64,000 bases of DNA from the NCBI GenBank assembly GCA_964016885.1, contig OZ024740.1:144336001-144400000 (forward strand), given 5' to 3'. A program made the position numbers and the translations under genes. This stretch comes from Eledone cirrhosa (taxonomy: Eukaryota). Within the stretch, counting starts at the first letter, position 1. Each line of letters starts with the position of its first letter. This document shows, one piece after another, positions 56,844-64,000 of this stretch. The notes under the pieces were generated by a model, which worked only from the letters and a program-made list of their open reading frames with translations, did not search any database and was not told the DNA's origin.

Positions 56844-59800
56844 GCCCTCAGTGCCTACCTCACAATTTCCCGCCCACCCACCCCCTCACACCACCATAGC
56901 CTATTCGACCAATGAAACCTCAGCATGCCATTTCTTCTGCTGCTGCTGCTACTACCACCTAACTAACTCTCTCCTCCCCTGTCGCAGCCCAACACACCCT
57001 GCCATTATCCCACCACCACTGTACTTCTAGCCCTCAATTTTCCCACCGTTATGGATGGATGAGCTGAGAATAAATCTGAGCAACTCTGAATCAATAGATG
57101 AAATATGAATCTGCGAGCTACCAAGCACCCATGTGAAGCGCCAATCCAGAGACCCTTCCCTACGAGTGTCGACAAATGCCCAAAACTCCGAGTTGGTACC
57201 ATCAATGTAGGCTCAATGAAAGGAAGAGCAGGAGAAATCATAGAAATGCTAGAGCGAAAGGAAATTGATGTATGCTGTGTGCAAGAGACTAGATGGAGAG
57301 GAGAGTCTGCCAGAGTCCTTGTAGGAAAAAGTTGGTGCTACAAATTTTTCTGGGTGGGGAAATGACGATAGGATGGGTGGTGTAGGTATACTACTAGCTG
57401 ACAAGTGGGTAGATAAAGTAATCTCAGTGTACAGGGTAAAGGCAAGAATCATTAAACTCAGACTAGTCCTGAATAAAACAATTACCACAATAATATCAGC
57501 TTACGCACCCCAATCGGGGCTGCCAGACGAACTTAAGGATAGGTTTTACGAGTCCCTAATGCACACTACTGCTCTAACAGACGACAATGACTTCCTAATC
57601 ATCGCAGGAGATTTTAACGGACACGTAGGTAAACACTGCGACGGCTTCAATAGAGTACATGGAGGCCATGGGGTTGGCACAAGAAATGAGGAAGGATTCA
57701 GACTTCTAGAATTCTGCGACGCCAATGACATGATATGCAACACAAACTTTAAAAAACCCGACAACCACCTGATCACCTATAGATCAGGGGAGCACTCCAG
57801 TCAGATAGATTTTATCCTCATCAGAGGACGTGACAGATGGACGGTCGTAAACACAAAAGCCTTCCCTAGTGAGGAATGTACATCCCAACATAGCTTAGTT
57901 GTCAGCGACCTCACAGTCAGAACTAGACGAACCTGGAAACAGAGGCCAACCTGGAGAAGAAAGATCTGGAAGCTGAAAGACCCCTCAACCAGTAACAGAT
58001 TTTAAAATATTTTACTCAACGCCTATGACAGTAAAGAAGAACAGATAGAGACATTCAATGTAGATGAGAACTGGGAGTTCCTAAAAAATAATTTACTAGA
58101 GGCGACGGATGAGGTCTGTGGCTGGAGTAAGACCTCAAACAGGAGGAGAGTGACTTGGTGGTGGAACAATAAGGTAGATGAAGCAGTCAAGGCCAAGAGA
58201 CAGGCATGGAAAGAATGGAAGAACGGGGGAAGCAGGGTACATTACATAGAGACCAAGAGGGAAGCTAGGCGACAAGTATACTTAGCTAGGAGGGAAGCAG
58301 AGGATAGAAAATTCAAGCATGTTTTGCAACGCGAGGACCAGAAACAGGAGATGTTCAAGATTGCGAGGCAGTGTGTCAGAGATAGTTGTGATGTCATTGG
58401 AGAGAAGTGTATCCAGAATGATAAAGGTGAGCTTGCCCTCACAAGTGCCGAGAAGAAAGATGCATGGAAGAGTCATTATGATAGATTACTAAATGAGGAG
58501 AATGCATGGGAAGAAGAGACCCTACCCCAAGTAGACCCTATAGAGGGGCCAGCAGTACAAGTCAGCAGCAACGTAGTAAGTAAGGCAATCAAAGATATGA
58601 AGATGGGGAAGGCAACCGGTCCATCGAGTATAGCTGCCGAGATGCTGAAGGCATCTGGGTCTGTAGGTCACACTATAGCCATACGTATTGTTAACCAGGT
58701 AATACTAGAAGGTGTCATACCAAAAGATTGGTGCAGTAGCATCATTGTCAACTGCTACAAAGGTAAAGGTGATGCACTAGATAGAAGAAACTATAGAGGT
58801 ATAAAGTTGATGGACCAGGTCATGAAAGTAACAGAAAGCGTTATAGCACAGTTGATTAGGGACCGGGTGAAAATAGACGAGATGCAATTTGGGTTTGTAC
58901 CAGGAAGAGGCACCACTGATGCCCTCTTCCTTGTGAGGCAGTTACAGGAAAAGTACCTAGCTAAAAGTAAGCCACTCTACTTGGCATTTGTCGACCTTGA
59001 GAAAGCCTTTGACAGAGTTCCACATGCTGTAATCTGGTGGGCTCTTAGAAAACTAGGAGTAGATGAATGGCTTGTGAAAGCGGTACAAGCCATGTATAGG
59101 GGAGCAGTCAGCAAAGTTAGGATGAGCAATGAGTATAGCGAGGAATTTAGCGTACAGGTTGGGGTCCTCCAGGGTTCTGTTCTTAGCCCCCTCCTGTTCA
59201 TCATAGTCCTGCAGGCAATAACGGAGGAGTTTAAGACCGGATGCCCATGGGAACTCCTGTATGCTGATGACCTCGCACTTATAGCTAGATCTATGGTAGA
59301 ACTAGAGAATAAATTCCAAACTTGGAAGCAGGGACTAGAAAGAAAGGGTCTCAAAGTCAACATGACAAAGACTAAGGTCCTTGTAAGTAGACGAGAAAAC
59401 AGAACCCAGATCCCCTCAGGGAAATGGCCTTGCTCAGTATGTAGGAAAGGTGTAGGTAGGAACTCCATTCTCTGCCCCAAATGCAAACAATGGGTACACA
59501 AGAGATGTAGCGGGATCTCAGGAAGCTTAATTAAGAATGTAGGCTTCACATGCAGCAGCTGTGTTGGGACAGCAAGCAGCAAACAGCCACAGGAAACAAG
59601 TACCACCAATCTCTGGGAGGGCTCTGTAGAAACAGTAGACAGCTTCTGCTACCTAGGTGACCGAATTAGCAGCAGAGGTGGGTGTTCAGAAAGTACAATA
59701 ACTAGGGTAAGAACGGGATGGAAGAAGTTTCGGGAACTACTACCACTGCTAGCTGCAAAAGGCTTCTCCCTCAGAATGAAAGGCAGACTGTATGATGTGT

Positions 59801-60510
59801 GTATCCGAACAGCAATGTTGCATGGTAGTGAGACCTGGGCGCTGAAGGTGGAAGACCTACGTAGATTAGAGAGAAACGAAGCCTGCATGCTCCGATGGAT
59901 GTGTAACAGTAAAATACGTGAACGACAAAGCATAAATGAATTGAGAGAGAGACTGAGCATAAGAGGAATCAAATGCTGTGTGCAGGAGAGGCAGTTGCGC
60001 TGGTATGGACATGTGATGCGTATGAAGGATGACAGCTGCATAAAAAGGTGCAGAGCACTAGAAGTCGATGGAAACCGCAGAGTGGGAGACCCAAGATGAC
60101 CTGGGATGAGGTGATAAAAGCCGACCTTACCCAATTACACCTCTCAAAGGCAATGACACATGACTGTGACCTCTGGCGTCACGCAGTAATACAGAGTACC
60201 CAACCTCCCATGGGTACAAGCTGAAGCATATAGACAATATGCCCCCACCGCAAGGTGGTCGTGGAGGTGCCACGGCAAAAAAGCACCCAGCCCACACTAT
60301 AAAGTGGACGTGTAGGCGCCACGAAAAAGCACCCAGCACTCACTGTAAATGAGGTTGGTGTTAGGAAGGGCATCCAGCTGTAGAAATCAATCCAAATCAG
60401 TTCCTGTATGAGCAAGGCATGGTCAGCCGACCAGACACTGCCCACAACAGGACAACCCGTCTAACCCATGCTAGCATGGAAGAACGGACATAAAACGGTG
60501 ATGATGATGA
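56306..60510 (+). mobile_element. Probably full-length RTE LINE, subfamily B, with a disrupted ORF
   Basis: ORF pieces 57105-57365 (GTINVGSM, VQETRW), 57373-58005 and 58150-60099 (RT and PHD); (GAT)n tail; 5' boundary inferred. Confidence 0.9.
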
Positions 60511-60719
60511 CTGATTAAAGTATTGGTTCAGATTTTCATAATCCTTATTGCACTATCCTTAGTCAAGAAACCCCACATGTGCTAGTTCAATGCCAGTTGT
60601 TAACTTAAGACTACTGGATTCAAATCCTCTCAAATTTGGAGAAAGCAAAAAAAAATTAAAAAATAAATAAAACACTCCAAGCTGGGGCATTAGTAAATCC
60701 TTTTTTAATATATGCTCAG

Positions 60720-60932
60720 AGTGGTGGATTGGCAGAAATGGTAGCGCATCAAATATAATGCCATCATGGTATTTGTTCTGGCTTTATATATTCTGAGTTC
60801 AAATCCTGCTGAGGCCAACTTTGCCTTTCATCTTATCAGGATCGATAACATAAAGTAGCAGTCAAGTACTGGGGTTGATTAAACAACTTTACCCTTCCCC
60901 CAAATTTGCTGGCCTTGAGCCTAAATTAGAAT
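60720..60932 (+). mobile_element. tRNA-derived SINE
   Basis: TGGCAGAAATGG A-box-like, GAGTTCAAATCC B-box-like, family body. Confidence 0.78.
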
Positions 60933-61832
60933 TAATATATGGTCTAGAATATTTGTGTTGTAAGTAGCACCAGCACCATCTCAAACATATAAACAGTACA
61001 AGTGGATCACATGTGAGCTTTGTAAAGGATCATCAACTGTTCTGAGTTGAAATAATGTCTGACTCTGAAGAGAAAGCATTTGCAAAGTAGGACTGGCTAT
61101 GTTACTGGTGTAAAGTTGCCACAAAAAAGATAGATATTGTAAGATCCAACATTCGTAAAATGGATGGAAGGGCATCCAGCCAGAGAAAAATTGCCAAACA
61201 AAGGGTCAAGAGGACTCCTTAGTTGTGTTAAAGATGTGACAACCTTCCTAGTACTGGTGCCATGATAAAATGCACCCAGTTCACTCCCTAGAATGTGGGA
61301 ATGTATTTAATTGAGATGCAGCCCCTGGCCCATCCAAGAGTACTGATTTGATCTGTGAGGACCCATTCAACCCTTGCTAGCAGGGAAATCAGACATTAAA
61401 TGATAATGAAGAAAGCTACAGGGAAGAAATGGACAGTATAAAGTGTGTGTGTCGGTTAAAAGTAACAGTAAGAAGACCAATAATGTACAGAAGGAAGTGT
61501 GTGAAAAACAATCTAATTGTTTATGAGTGATTTCATCACCTATTAGGTGGTGGCTAAATAAATTAGTAGTTAGCAGAGTTAGAAAGGTTACTTTTAGAGG
61601 ATGGAAAACTATCAAGCATTTCCCTAGTTTGACGTATATTTGCATAGAGAGGGAAAGTTTGAAGAATTTGGTTTTGAGTAACTAGAGAAGTTATTGCACT
61701 TGTTGACTGTGAGCATATGGTAATGAAGTTAATCCTGAAGTGAAAAAAATGTATGTACACACATACACAGTAGACTTGTATGTGTGCAATATATGTATAT
61801 ATATGGACATTAATTGGATATCCAGTTTAGAA

Positions 61833-62910
61833 TCTCTGGAAAATGATCTTGTTCAGTGTACAGAAAAGGAGTAGGTAGAAATTCCATTCTATGTTCTGAA
61901 TGCAAGCTATGGGTACATAAAAGATGGAGTGGGATAACAGGCAGGCTATCAAAAAATATAGGTTCTATATGCAGCCAATGCTCAAGTGCAGTAAGTAGCA
62001 AATGCCCACAGGATAATAGCTCCTTCAAATGCCCAGACAGTTCTATAGAAATAGTCGACACTTTCCATTACCTGTGTGATGAAATCAGCAGTGGAGAGTG
62101 TTCCGAAAGTACAGTAGCCACAGTAAGAACAGGATGGAAAAAGTTCTGAAAGCTACTACTGCTGTCAGCTACAAAAGGTTTTTCCCTTAAAATGAATGGC
62201 AGATTGTACAATACATGTATATGAACAGCAATGTTACATGGTAGTGAGAACTGAGCACTGTGTGGAGAGGATCTGCAAAGATTGGAAAGAAATGAAGCAT
62301 GCATGCTCCGATGATGTGTAATAGTAATAATACACACAAACAGCAAAGTGTAAATGAACTGAGAGAGAAATTAAACATAAGAGGGATCGGATGCAGTATG
62401 CTGGAGAGGAGATTGCGTTGGTATGGTCATGTGATGTGTATGAAGTACGACAGCTATATAAAAAAGTGTAGGGTGATCAAAGTTGATGGAAGCTATAGAG
62501 TAGGAAGACCTGGATGAGGTGATAAAAGTTGACCTTGCGCAATTGCACTTTTCAAAGACGATGACACAGGATCAAGATCTTTGTCGTTATGCAGTAATAC
62601 AGAAGACATACATTCCCATGCACACGGACTCCAAGATACATCTAGTAGGCACCTCTTAACCACTATACTCCTTCCATACACCCTCCACGCTGCAAAACCC
62701 CCTTCTGTCCACACCATTATTATACTGTAAAGTTATGTTGATACCACAAAAAAGCATCCAGCCCACACTGTAAATTAGTCGTGTGGGTGTCACGACAAAA
62801 AGCACCCAGCCCACACTGTAAAGTAGTTGTGTAGGAGTCACAACAAAAAGCACCTAGAACACACTGCAAATGTGGTTGGCATTACGAAGGGCATCCAGCT
62901 GTAGAAACAG
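61833..62910 (+). mobile_element. Older degenerate RTE LINE fragment beginning at the PHD finger
   Basis: [31 protein letters not shown] and 3' UTR repeats CCAGCCCACACTGTAAA. Confidence 0.9.
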
Positions 62911-64000
62911 TTCTATATCAGCAAGAAACGGTCACCTTATATAAAGCAGCCTTGGTTGCCAAGGAATGGGTTGGTTTCTGTAAAGAGGATAGTATTGATC
63001 ATCTGCTTAGCTGTCTCATATGTCAGAAGTAAAACAATTGATGCCAGAGTTAGTTCAAAGTTAATGCTGCTCATACTTTGGTTCCAAAGGCAGCAACCTA
63101 TAGGTATGAGTTTCCTCACAAATTAAATATGTTATCCATTTTACATAATTTTCTATAAATTTCATCTTCAGGCTTCTCAAGTCTTAGTCTCCTTGTAACT
63201 TTCTTTTCATACCTACTTCATACCTATGTTTATTTATTAACAGTGGTGTATGCCAATTGCAGTGAATATTACCATTTTCCTTAACCTCACTACCAAAATA
63301 TATTCAACTACTCTTATGAAGACTATCAAATACAAAAGTGCTGCAAAGTTAAAATAATCATAAACCTACCACCACCTCAGATATATTAACCATATTTCTA
63401 ATAGAATACACTATTTCAATTAATTAATAAAGAATGTTGAGGGATTTACTAAAATTATTAATCATATTAATTAACATATAGTTATTAGATAAGATTATGT
63501 TGGAAGATTTTAATTTACATAGGAATCCTTTAAACTAGGTTTTGGTTCATAGAACCAGAGCCAGTTTTGGCCGGGTTGGTATCAAACTTTCTCTCCAAAG
63601 TAATCAAGATATCCTTTTTTTTTTTTTACATCTCTCAGTAAGACTGACCTTTACTTACTATTCTGTACCCTCTCTTAAGACATATCAAATGGTTAATTAG
63701 CATTACTCTGAATATATCAGGAAACTGCCCATAAAAAGAATATTTTATGCATTCTTCAAAAGTAATAAAATGATAGCTAACAGAATATATATTAAGGCAC
63801 TAGACCATTCTTTAACAACCGAAAAAAAAACCTGATTTATAACTTTCTAAATTTTCTCTTGGAATTATCCTTTCAATCATTCATACTTTTCAACAACATT
63901 GACAATATATTTTCCTATATCACATCAGACTCAGTTAATTATCAACTCCAACCATTTGTATCTTAAAATTTGGATTCCATGCAACAAAAACTAGCTAAAC

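Overview
AT-rich, repeat-dominated animal DNA with no confidently identifiable host exon. The SINE, RTE-LINE and (TA)n content resembles an octopod/cephalopod genome (inference). (1) About 13 copies or fragments from at least 3 subfamilies of an RTE-clade LINE ending in (GAT)n, one with a nearly intact 995-aa APE+RT ORF (8418-11405, minus). The protein carries a C4HC3 PHD finger inside the RT domain, and three independent copies are 5'-truncated within 6 nt of one small hairpin. (2) Very long degenerate (TA)n arrays, up to about 6.3 kb, into which LINEs and other elements are inserted. (3) Main finding: at least seven mostly sequence-unrelated short elements in or beside (TA)n tracts that carry type-I hammerhead ribozyme motifs. 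These have palindromic stem III, often a very large branched stem II and a recurrent CCGANGA core, and most are arranged as fold-back inverted repeats. One is fused to a Penelope GIY-YIG C-terminal remnant, so they look like Penelope-like pLTR/retrozyme derivatives. (4) Helitron derivatives (one with a PIF1 helicase fragment), a mariner remnant, a hAT MITE, TTAA MITEs, a Vingi/Ingi-like remnant and tRNA-derived SINEs. All calls were read by eye; no searches were run, and ends of degraded elements are approximate.
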